DNA from: Camelus ferus
Lineage: Eukaryota
Assembly (NCBI RefSeq): GCF_009834535.1
Contig: NC_045711.1
Span: forward strand, 44,144,001 to 44,208,000
Direction: 5' to 3'
Length of the DNA stretch: 64,000 bases
Shown here: positions 12,870-22,850 of the stretch, one piece after another
How positions within the stretch are numbered: the first letter of the stretch is position 1
How the letters are laid out: the number at the start of each line of letters is the position of its first letter
Notes under the pieces: generated by a model
The model's database searches: none
Seen by the model: only the letters and a program-made list of their open reading frames with translations
What the model was told of the DNA's origin: nothing
Program-made: the position numbers and the translations under genes

Positions 12870-13080
12870 CCAGTTGGTGGCGCTCCTCAACTGCCCCCAG
12901 CCCCGCAGGGCAGCCATGCTCTGGTCCCTCCGGCTCTGCTGGCTTAAGCAGGAGCCGCGTCTGCTTCCCATTGGTTCAGGACGGCATTTGGAACAGAGCA
13001 TTTACAGTCCTCCTGGTGTAGCTGGAACGACACTGACAATAGCTCAGCATCGCAAAGCAGATAAATTAGAGGGCGGAGGA
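12870..13080. promoter_or_regulatory. Candidate promoter/insulator cluster (CTCF-like motif, inverted CCAAT, GATA, GC box)
   Basis: CCAGTTGGTGGCGC (12870-12883), cccATTGGtt (~12967), agataa (~13058), agggcggag (~13069); motif matches only. Confidence 0.3.
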
Positions 13081-13724
13081 AACGCAGTCTTGCTACAGAA
13101 GGATTCACCATATACTTCCTTTAATTGGGAGCCTCTCCAGAGCACTAAAAGTCCAATTTCCATTTGCCGAAATTCTCTTTCCCTGTAGCTGTCTAGGAAC
13201 GTGCCTAGGGTGAACAGGAGGACTGGGGAGATTGGTGCAATCTTTCCCTCCATCCCCTCCTCTCACCTTCTCAGAAGGCTCTTTAATTTGGTCCAAGTTG
13301 CTGACCTGCAAGGAGCGGCAGCGAGGGGGCGTGAGGCACAAAGCTGCCCGCTATCTCCGGCTGTTCAATTCACTACTGCTGCTGCTGCCTTGGGCCGGTG
13401 AGCACCCTGTCACTCTAAGTCACTCTCTTCTGGAGCTCAGACCCTGCGGGGAGATGGGGACAGTGAAGGAAGAAAGGGCCACCCTGTGACAACCATGCAG
13501 ACACATGCCGTGACAGTTATTTCTCGTTCAGTATCCCCTAGCTTTCAAGACATCTGGGAGTCAGCAGCCCCTCTGTCCATCACCCCAGCCTCCCAGCTTA
13601 CTGTCCTCCGCCCTCAGCTGGGCAGAAGGGCTGAGCTGGCCTTACTTTGCTTCTCCGGCCACCTGCTGCAGCACTGGTCTCACAGACCTTTCCAGAAACC
13701 AAGCTCAGCGTAGCAGCAGAGGAA

Positions 13725-13850
13725 GGATTGGGAGGCAGCAGGCTCAGGTTCAAGCCCAGCTGTGTGACCTTTGCCTGGTCCTTCAACCCTTCCAAAGCCC
13801 AGTTCCTCATCTGTAAGAGGGTGATGGTCACGCCGCCATGCTGACTTGCG
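13725..13850 (+). mobile_element. MIR SINE
   Basis: 'ggttcaagcccagctgtgtgacctttg...cccagttcctcatctgtaag'. Confidence 0.7.
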
Positions 13851-13909
13851 TGGAGGACCACAGAGGGAAAGGATGCATGCATCCAGTGCAGCACAGGCAC
13901 TCCGCGCAG

Positions 13910-14002
13910 GACACGTCCCTTCCTCTCCTCCAGGGACGGCGGGTGGTACCCCAGACATGTCCCTTCCTCTCCTCCAGGGACGGTGGGTGGTACCATGGAC
14001 AT
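13910..14002. repeat. 44-bp period tandem duplication (2 copies plus a partial third)
   Basis: gacacgtcccttcctctcctccagggacggcgggtggtacc (13910-13950) and gacatgtcccttcctctcctccagggacggtgggtggtacc (13954-13994). Confidence 0.95.
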
Positions 14003-14829
14003 CACTAAGCCACCACATTCAGGTAGTCATGGAGTCCTCACTTCTGGTGTATAGAACAAAGGAGAAGGCCACAGACATTTTCTGCCTCCAAGCGTGCAGA
14101 ACAGGAATTGGGTCTCTCAGGGGAGCCTGGTGCCGGTCACAGTAGCCCTTCACCCCTCCAGAGCTGGGACCTCTCAGCCTCGTCTGCTGATCACCCTCAA
14201 TTTCCACAGGCTGGCCTGCAGGGCCCCAGCTCCTGGGGCTAGTGCAGCTCCACTCCCACGACCCAGGTTCAATCCATCTTCCTCCAAATCCAGGAAACTG
14301 GCCTGATTCCCGGGGCTCTGGTTTGACCTGCCCTGGCCCACCTTGGACCCCTGGTATGGAGGCTGTGATCCACTGACAACACTCTCTCTCCTGTTTTCTC
14401 CCACCCTCACCCTACCTGAGGCTGCGTGGGTGCCCTACCCGATTTCAGAATACTGCCCTGGCCAGCGCAAGATTTGACTCATTTCTATATTTATATAAGA
14501 CTTCTATATAAGACTTATTTTTATATTTAAAAGATCTTAAGAATTCTCAAAATGTTTGTGTGTGCCCCCAAAGGAGGAGATTCTTTGGATGCAAAAGGCT
14601 CAAATTTCAATGAATTATTATCCAAATACAGAGAAAAATAAATTTTAATGTTGGTCGATCTCTTGAAATGCTGTTTTGGGAACCCCATAAATGATACTCT
14701 CAGCAAGGAGTTTTCAAACTTGTTTAGGTGATTGAGTCTCTGAAAGTTTATTTCCTCTTTCCAGAGGCAAAAATACTGTTATTTAATTCAACTGAGAATT
14801 ATAAAAACACTAATGTAAGTTACTCCTTT

Positions 14830-15050
14830 TCTTGTTATATTTTAAGCATGGTGCTAAGTGCTTTACATGGACTAGCTCACTCAATCCTCACAATAATCCT
14901 GGAGGAAGCATAGCTACTACTATTTATTGCCATTTCATAAATGAGCAAATTGAGGCTCAGAGAGGTGAGGACACTTGTCCGATGTCACTTTGCCAGTTGG
15001 CAATCAGTGAATCAATCCAGAAAGTTAGATCGGTCCCCAGCTTTTATTTC
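14830..15050 (-). mobile_element. MIR SINE
   Basis: 'gtgctaagtgctttacatgg...tcaatcctcacaataatcct...ataaatgagcaaattgaggctcagagagg'. Confidence 0.85.
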
Positions 15051-15420
15051 TGCCCTCTCACCCCATCTCTGGAACTCAGAGACAACGTCACCAGTTAGAT
15101 GTGACTATGTTATGTGTAAGTCACAGCGAATTAGAGCCATTAACCCGTGGGCTGATTCAGACACCAGCACGACAACAAATCCAAGCATGAGTTATCAGCT
15201 GTTTGATAATATTTGGCTACTAACTTTGCTAATTGTGCACTCATTTGTCATCCGCGAGTGAGTGACAGCAGGAAAACAGCAGGAGGCACCAAAGGTTTAA
15301 GCAAAACATATGGGAGAAAAGCTTCACTGGGAGGCATTTCGATGTCTCAGCCTACTTTTCCCCTCCATGCCAACTGGAAAAAGTCACCACTACTGTGTAT
15401 CAGAGGCAGAACATCCCAGC

Positions 15421-15780
15421 CTGGTTCGTGGAAATCTGTGTTATTTTAGAGATGTCCGCGCGCTGGCGATCCTTCTTGGGTTCCCTCCTGGCGTTCTAAC
15501 CCAATATTCTAGAGGGGTACACGCCCTTCTCTCCAGCTCCAGTGACCCTGTGCCGTGGGGATTCTCAGCAAGGGGAGGAGGCACCCCCACGGGGACGGAA
15601 GTTTACCGGAAGCACAGTTTCGATGTGCTTCCCAGCCTTGTGGAATGGTGGTTCCAGGGTGACCCACGCTTCTCTCCGTATACTCCACACCTACGCCCTA
15701 TGGGACCGGAGCGCCCGCCCCTTCCACTCTCTGATTGGATGAGAGCCCAGGCGCAGCCAAACTACAGACTGGACAGAAAA
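15421..15780. promoter_or_regulatory. CpG-enriched promoter-like element (tandem ETS, GC box, CCAAT)
   Basis: 19 CpGs counted in 360 bp; acggaagt (15595-15602), accggaagc (15605-15613), cccgcccc (15714-15721), ctgattggat (15731-15740). Confidence 0.5.
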
Positions 15781-16152
15781 CAAGGGCTTTGGGTCTCCCT
15801 CCAAAAGATGAGCTCCTTCATCAGATCCCTCTCTTCAAAATGTAGAGCAACAGGCTCCAGAAGAGGAGCTGGCACTGAGAGGTGCAGGGGGATGAGCTGG
15901 ATGGTGGCTGCAATGGGCCAGAGTGACAAGGATGCAGGAACTGTGATTCAGAACAGGGAGTCAGGTGGGGCAAGCGGGAAAGTGGAGCAGATTCCCAGAG
16001 AGAGGAGGGGACTCAGAGAGACAGGTGAGACCCTCAAGATCAGCTCCTGGGGTCCATAAGGTAAACATACTTTGACAACTACTGTGTTATAAAATATATC
16101 ATCAGATGTGCCTTGAGAATAAAATATGTAACATTTTTTTAAAGTTGCTGGC

Positions 16153-16363
16153 CATGAACAATAAGTTTATACTGTATAGCACAGGGAACTACATTCAATA
16201 TACTGTAGCAACTTATGGTGAAAAAGAATACGAAAACAAATATATGTATGTTTATGTATGACTGAAGTATTATGCTGTACACCAGAAATTGACACAATAT
16301 TGTAAACTGACGATACTTCAATAAATATATATGTATATATGTGTAATATATATCGATAGATAG

Positions 16364-16402
<39 letters not shown>

Positions 16403-16412
16403 CAAGAAAAAA
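16153..16412 (+). mobile_element. 5'-truncated lineage-specific L1 3' UTR with microsatellite tail
   Basis: 'ctgtatagcacagggaactacattcaata...gctgtacaccagaaattgacac..ttgtaaactgac.atacttcaataaa' is a cetartiodactyl L1 end; TSD aaagttgctggc (16141-16152) / aaaggtgctggc (16413-16424) follows a T run. Confidence 0.9.
16366..16396. repeat. (AC)n microsatellite
   Basis: Uninterrupted AC run inside the L1 tail. Confidence 0.95.
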
Positions 16413-16929
16413 AAAGGTGCTGGCTTAGAAAAAAGTCTGCCCTTTGGGAACTGTCCATTGTTTGTTAAATGTATTGTCACTTAATACAAAACCTGCCATT
16501 TTTCATGATTACCACCTCCTGTATTTTTCTCTCTACTTGTAAATAATTCCTCCCAGAAAGTAAGCCTTAACCAAAATGTGTCAAATGATCTTGCTTAATT
16601 TTATTATCATAGTGTACTCCTTTTATAGACATGTACATTTAAAATATCATTAACTTGTGCTAAATGTTGTAAAAACATTGTGTACTGTTTTAAAGGAAAA
16701 GTGCACACTATATTTAACTGAGATTGCTTCCTCTCTTAAAAAACAAAAACAACAACAACAAGAAGAAAAATGCCTGCCTTGTTGCTGCCCCTGGTGTCTG
16801 AGAGGTGGGTGGTTGCTCTTGGATTCCCATGAATTTCTCCTCCACTTTCTGAGCATCTTTATCACAACCCACCCAACTCCCACACTTTTACGCCAGCCAG
16901 CCTGAGTGAACCTCTGCTCTTTGCAACCA

Positions 16930-17280
16930 AATAGCACCTAAGCCCTTGAAAGAACAGCGCTTGGGGGATCTGAACTGCTCTGAGGTGCCTCCCTGCATCT
17001 CCGGGTTATCAGAAACCTCTGAAACCTCAGGAGTGGTTCCATTGCTTCCCTCATTAGCTCCATCACGTCCCCGCCCTTGCTCCTCCTCCACGAGCTGTTT
17101 ACAAGGCTTTCTACCTTTGCTTACTGCTCACTCCCAAGTTCCCAGCCTCCTCCTTGACTCCATCTCCCACTGTGATCCTCTCTCTGGCTCCTGCAGAGCT
17201 GGGGCTCATTTACATTTCACTCACCAACCTCATTTAATTTTCTACAGTTAATTCGATGTTCACCTAGTAGCCCCGGATTG
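16930..17280 (+). mobile_element. L2 LINE fragment
   Basis: 'ctccatctcccactgtgatcctctctctggctcctgcagagc...' is a pyrimidine-rich L2-like segment. Confidence 0.45.
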
Positions 17281-17802
17281 CATTTTTATTCATCACCTCT
17301 GGGGCTCTGAAGGGTATCTGCGTGCTGGCTTCCCCGCCGAGATGCCCACTTAAGCGGAGACGACCACACAGCTCACAGGCTGGGAGAAGTTCCTGCTGGA
17401 GGGACAGCTCAGTAACCCCTACTCTGGCAGCAGCCCTGGGGGTCAAGCCCCTGGAGGGCGGGCAGCGCCCTCTGCCTGGGCTGTTTTACCTGTGAAAGCG
17501 GCACCAAACTGCGCCTTCCTGCCTGGTAATGACTCATTGTGCATCCATCTCTAGGTTGACTGCCTGCTGTGCAAAGCATTTCCTTCACCTTAGCCTAAAA
17601 TAGCTTAAGCTTCAGGGGATGCTGCCTAGTGCCTGTATTATCACAAGGTTTGAGAAGGAGAAATTAAGATGAAATAAGATAAAGTAAGATAAGGTAAAAT
17701 AAAATAAATGCTTCACAAAAAACACAATGGAAAAGGTGTGGTGGTTTTGAGACAGAGAGCCACAGAGAAACTTTGGGTCATAACAAGCAAAAGGCGGTGC
17801 AG

Positions 17803-17879
17803 CAAATTACCTCTGTAGTTCCTCGCTCTGCCAGCCATACTTCAATTAAATAAATAAATACGTAAATACATAAATAAAT
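17803..17879 (+). mobile_element. Very short retrotransposed insert ending in the L1 terminus plus a (TAAA)n tail
   Basis: atacttcaat (17837-17846) is identical to the L1 end at 16313-16322; A-rich tail; flanked by aaggcggtgcag (17791-17802) and aaggcagtgcag (17880-17891). Confidence 0.6.
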
Positions 17880-17902
17880 AAGGCAGTGCAGGTACTTCCT
17901 CG

Positions 17903-17962
17903 CCATCTCCACCTCCATCTCCACCTCCATCTCTGCCTCCACCTCCATCTCCATCTCTATCT
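17903..17962. repeat. Degenerate hexamer repeat (CCATCT/CCACCT)n
   Basis: ccatctccacctccatctccacctccatctctgcctccacctccatctccatctctatctct. Confidence 0.9.
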
Positions 17963-19325
17963 CTGAGTAGCTGGCTCTAGGCGTGGGCTTCCTGGCGGTG
18001 TGACTCTCAGACCAACAGGGAACCCACCGTCAGTGGGTGCTGCATGGGACCAACGTTTTGTTTCAGGCCGTCTGCTACTCTCCAAGCTAGTTATGGAACG
18101 CTTGCAGCGAGCAATAGTGACTGAAGTCTGCAATTCTGTTAAGGAGCGGAGGTTGCAAATATTGGCCAGTGATCCCGTCTTCAGCCCTGAAGCAGTAAAG
18201 ACGGGATTCTATCACCTACAAATTTCCACTGCATTTGTCCTATCTCGGGATTTATTGGGAAGGAATGGCCTGGCCTGTTTCCTTTCATGTTTCATTTGGG
18301 CCCCAAGGGCTATCCATAAAAAGGAGGTCACAGCGGAAGTCCAGCTCTCTAGAAACAGGTCCAGAAATCCACCGGTAGGTAGCTTGTACATCAGGCCTCC
18401 CTTTTACAACCCTGACTCAGTTTGCTTCAAAATTTAGATCCAGCATCCCAGGAGGCTGAGGTACAGATTCCTGAGCACCTCAGGGCTGTATGGCAGGGGC
18501 TGGGACCACAGCCCCGATCCGCCACCTCTGTCTGTGAGCATGCGAAATGCTGTAAGCTGCGGAATCCAGTTTACAAGAGTATCATTCTCCCTGTGGGCAG
18601 AGAACCCTGCCAGTTCCTTCCCTCACTACCCACCCTGAGCCCCGACTGGCTCTTTGGCTGCTCCCGTTTATTTCGGCTGCCTTCTCCAGTTTTGTTTAGC
18701 ATCACTTCCTCTGGCCCGATGCATGGGAGGGCTGGCACAGCTCTAAGGAGCCCCCTTAGCAAAAGCAGAGGACCTCTCCACCCCAGCAAGCTCTCCTGGG
18801 CAGCTGGTGTTCAGGGCCCTGTTCTGTCGTTGTCACTTGGGCAGGTCCGAAGGTTCCTCCCTGCCACCAGCCAGCCGGCAGGTGCAGTTTGGGAAAACGA
18901 ACCCTTTGATAAATTGTTCTTCATTAACCAGGAGGGACCTCTGAAGGTGGGCCAGTCTCCCTCAACTTCAAGGGGAAGGCCATGGAGTGGACCTCCTGCA
19001 GATGACACGGGAACACCGCTGTTCGGCAATCTCCACGTCCCCCTTAAGAAAGTGACGTTGGAGCTGATTCCAGTAGACCTTTAAAAAGGCACTTTATTAA
19101 AGTCTCAGAACCGATTAGACACAAGTCATGCTGGGTCTGTCGGGCTCAATTTACTGTCCTCTCTCCTTCCCCAAAAGGAGCTGAGCCAAGCAGATAGGTC
19201 TCCCTGGAACAGGCAGGGATCAATTCCAAGGCCACCTTACCTGGGTGACCCAGAAAGGGCTCTTCCCCTTCCTCCCTCCCTCCACCCAGGTCCCCCCTGC
19301 AGAATGGCACTCAGTGAGCCATCTG

Positions 19326-19617
19326 AGTTCACTGTCTGACCCAGGAGCCACTGGCCACATGGAGCTACTGAGCACTTGAAATGTGGCTGGTCTGAACTGA
19401 GATGTGCCTAGCGTAGGGGGAAAAAAAAAGGGTAAAACATCCCACTAATATCTTTGCATTGATTGCACGTTGAAAGGATAACATTTGGGATCTCTGGGAT
19501 TCAAGAGAATAGTCCAAAAATTAATTTCACCTGGCTCGTTTCACTTTTTAAACATGGCTGCTAGAAAATTTTAAAGTGCATTTGTGACTTGCCTTCATTT
19601 TCTATTGGACAGCGCAG
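19326..19617 (-). mobile_element. MER33 (hAT-Charlie MITE) with a short internal deletion
   Basis: 'gccactggccacatgg.gctactgagcacttgaaatgtggct...ctagaaaattttaaa...tattggacagcgcag' is diagnostic of MER33. Confidence 0.85.
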
Positions 19618-19689
19618 TCCTGGGGCAGTGTCGACTGGAGAGGTCAGCAGAGGCTCTGTGTGAATAGAGGGGGAAGGAAGGGTCCACCA

Positions 19690-20212
19690 GGCTTTGATTC
19701 TGCCACTTTCCTGCTCAAAATGCTCTACAGGCTGTTCATGACGCCCTCCTGAGGCTGTGCACAGGTGGCCGGTGTCCCCTGCACCCCATCTCATCTCCTT
19801 CAGCTCTTGTTCCCTGACCTCCCTCCCTACTGCTCCAGCCATCCTGGCCTTGCTTTCTGTCAACACAGCCAACCACGCCCCATTGCAGAGCCTTTGCACA
19901 TGCTGTTGCCTCTGCCTAGAATGTTCTTTCCCAGATCTTTGCTTGCCTCCCTCCCCCTTTTAATCTAGTCCTCAACTGGAAAGTCACCTCCTCCAGGAAG
20001 CCACCCCTGATTCACCCCCCTAATCTCAATTAGGACCAATCACCGCCCCCTTGACTCTACTTCCCTTTTCATCAAAGCTCTTATTACTGCCTGACATTCA
20101 GTTACATATTTCCTTTCTGTCCCCTCCAGACAGGAGGCCTCTGTCTCTTTTGTCCACCACAGTGCCTGACATGTACTGGACACCTGCCCAGTAAATGTTT
20201 GCTCAGTGAACA
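19690..20212 (+). mobile_element. L2 (L2a-like) 3' end
   Basis: 'cctttgcacatgctgttgcctctgcctagaatg...gtcacctcctccaggaagcc...cacagtgcctgac...agtaaatgtttgctcagtgaa'. Confidence 0.85.
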
Positions 20213-21169
20213 CAAAACAGCCCTCCCAGGTCAGTGGGATCAGACCAGTTTTCAGATGAGTAAACTCAGACTTGGAGTGAGGTTAGTGGAGGACAGAGCA
20301 GGGACTGGGTTCACTGACAGCCCAGGGCTTCAAGAGGATATTAGCTTGGTGACTTGGAAATCACCTTCCCCAGGATCTCAGATACCAGGAATGTGCCCCA
20401 ACCCAAGAGGCCAGGACCAGCTTAGTATGGGAAGAATACAGGTCAAAGGCAGCAACTCCCGTGCTCTAGAGAGTTCCTGTGGGAAATGGACATGTGGGTT
20501 AAAAGGAGAGAGGGGGTCTGAGGCCCCACCTGCTGCCGCAGGCCCAGATACGGTCTGGCTTCACAGTCATCTTTGAGAAGGCATTCGTGGGCAAGTTACA
20601 GAGACTACCAGTAACAAAGTCCTTTCTGGATGCTGGGAACAGACCTGACAGCCTTTGAGCTGTCTCCACGCCATCTCCTCGACGGGACACCACTCTGCCC
20701 GGACACATCCAGAAATCAGGGGCTCGACACTCCCACCCACAGCAGGCCAGCTGGTTGTCTCTGGGATTGTTTTAATGAAGAGAAAACACAACACTTGCTG
20801 CTTTCAGGCCAACAGCTGCTTCCTCGTGGTGGATGCTTTTCAGACTCTTGCTCCAGTTTCCGTCCTCTGCAGCCGCCCTGAGCAAGACCAATTCCTCGTC
20901 CCCAGATCAGCCCTTCCGAGATGGGAGGTCACAGCGGCTTGAGAAGCTGAGCCTCCCCAGGAAGCGCGCTCTTGGCAGGGCTGTGATCTGACCCTGTGAT
21001 CTGTCTCCCAGGCCAGGACTAGGCAAACAAGCACGATTGTTCCACGGTGACTCACTCCTGGGGGCTGGTTCTCTGAGGCCACGGCCGCCTCCCTGCTCAC
21101 CCAGGATAACCCCGGCTCGCCTCGGCCAGCCTGACTTCTCTTCTAATTCCCAAACTCAAATGCGCTTTT

Positions 21170-21420
21170 TCTCATTACTTAAGCAACATCTATTCAAATA
21201 CCTGTGTGCGCCAGGCACTGTGCTACACCCTGGGGGAAAGAATGATGGAGAAGACACAGCCCCTGGTCTAGTGGAAAGGCTGCCCATTCACAGGGCATTA
21301 AAACCCAGAGGGCCAGGCCTGTGATGGAGGCAAGTGCCAAGGGTACGTACCACGGGCACAGAGGACTTGCCCCATCCTGGGGATGCAGGGAGACCATTCT
21401 AGAGGAGGCGTTCATACTGC
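21170..21420 (-). mobile_element. L2 3' end
   Basis: 'cattacttaagcaacatctattcaaatacctgtgtgcgccaggcactgtgcta...' is the reverse L2 tail. Confidence 0.75.
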
Positions 21421-21849
21421 CAATTTCCAGTTGCCTCCTGGGAAATTCAGTCTGTAGGGCCCAGAGATGCTTCTAATAGAATCCAACCCCCAGTCTTCTT
21501 AAGCAAGAACCTTTGAAATCTTCACTTCACTTGTCTTTTCCACTGTAGCCTACACCGCATACACACCCAGTCACTTCTGTTTCCTTACTCTTTTCTCAAG
21601 CCTTTCCCTTCCCTCATTTTCTCAGGCAGTCCCTGCTTTTCGGTCTCTCTGCCACTCCACCCTCAACAGTGATGGGAGGGTCTTAGCAGGTACCGGCCCA
21701 CAAATGGAAATGGAAACTTACTGCCTAAAGGCAAGACTCCCAGAAGCCTGCTGTGTAAAGCACATCACAAACTGGTCCCAACCAGCCATCCCTCCTGGTC
21801 CCCAGGAACCCTCACCTAGAAACCCCAAGCTCCAGCCACACAGGACTGC

Positions 21850-22140
21850 TTGCCCATTTACAAACCCTCACTTCCATTGACTGCCCCTCTGTGCTCCTTT
21901 ACATGCACTGTCCCCTTCCCTTTCCTCTTAGCCCCACAAACTCCTACTCATCCTTCAAAACCCACTCAAATGTCACCTCTCTCTAACCTCCCTTTGGTCA
22001 GTCAGTTGTTCTTACCAAGAAAAGAACATTATTTTGTTGTAATGGTTCTATCCTTGTGTGGTGATCCGACAACTTGCTGGGTGTTTCTCCCAAACTCTGG
22101 CTTGGGGTTCTCAGAGTGCAACGGTGGCGTGGTGTAATTC
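21850..22140 (+). mobile_element. L2 fragment
   Basis: 'actcctactcatccttcaaaacccactcaaatgtcacctctctc'. Confidence 0.7.
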
Positions 22141-22289
22141 ATCTTTGATCCCAGGATGTGGTGTAGAATCCAGGAATAGCATTAATATCTAATGTTACTA
22201 TTTATTAATAATGAATATAACAGTACTAGCAATGAATAATAATGGTAACGAATAATAATGAAATCAAACAGCACCATGATGCCAAAACA

Positions 22290-22500
22290 GCCACTGACTT
22301 TGCCAAGCCCGCACTAGGTACTCGATAAGCAAGATTTCATTTAATCTCCCAGCATCCTATAAAATCTTATTGCCCCCTTGCAGATCAGGGAACTACAGTA
22401 TAGAGAATATAAATGTCTTTCCTGAAGTCAAGCATCTTATACATGGCAGAGGCAGGATTTGAAGCCACAGTTTGACCCCCGACCTGAGCTCTTACCCACC
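22290..22500 (-). mobile_element. MIR SINE
   Basis: 'tttcatttaatctccc...tgcagatcagggaact...atggcagaggcaggatttgaa'. Confidence 0.75.
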
Positions 22501-22639
22501 GCGCTACTCTGGGACCAGTAAAGGTACAGAGTCGCTTAACTCACAGGTGCCAGAGAACCGGCCCCTTAGCACCCCTTACTGCCATATTCCTGTGACCTTT
22601 GAATAGAAACTCAGTCATCAGCTGCATCCTGTATCTGGG

Positions 22640-22850
22640 GAGGTGGCATGACAGACCAGCTCAGTGAGACCAGGCTCTGCCAATCGCAGGCTTTGTGGCC
22701 CCAGGCAGCTTACTCACCTCCCTGAGCCTCAGGCTCCTCGTCTGTAAAATGGGGAAATGATGGCTCTAACCCAAAGGGCGACGGTGGGGTTACAGGAGAT
22801 AATAGAAGCCAAGGACTTAGAATGGAAACAGCTCATCACAGGTTACCTAC
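22640..22850 (+). mobile_element. MIR SINE
   Basis: 'cagcttactcacctccctgagcctcaggctcctcgtctgtaaaatgggg'. Confidence 0.8.

Noticed and set aside
15310-16059. Longest ORF in the track (249 aa)
   Set aside because: No recognisable domain; it runs across a promoter-like GC-rich block, where long chance ORFs are expected
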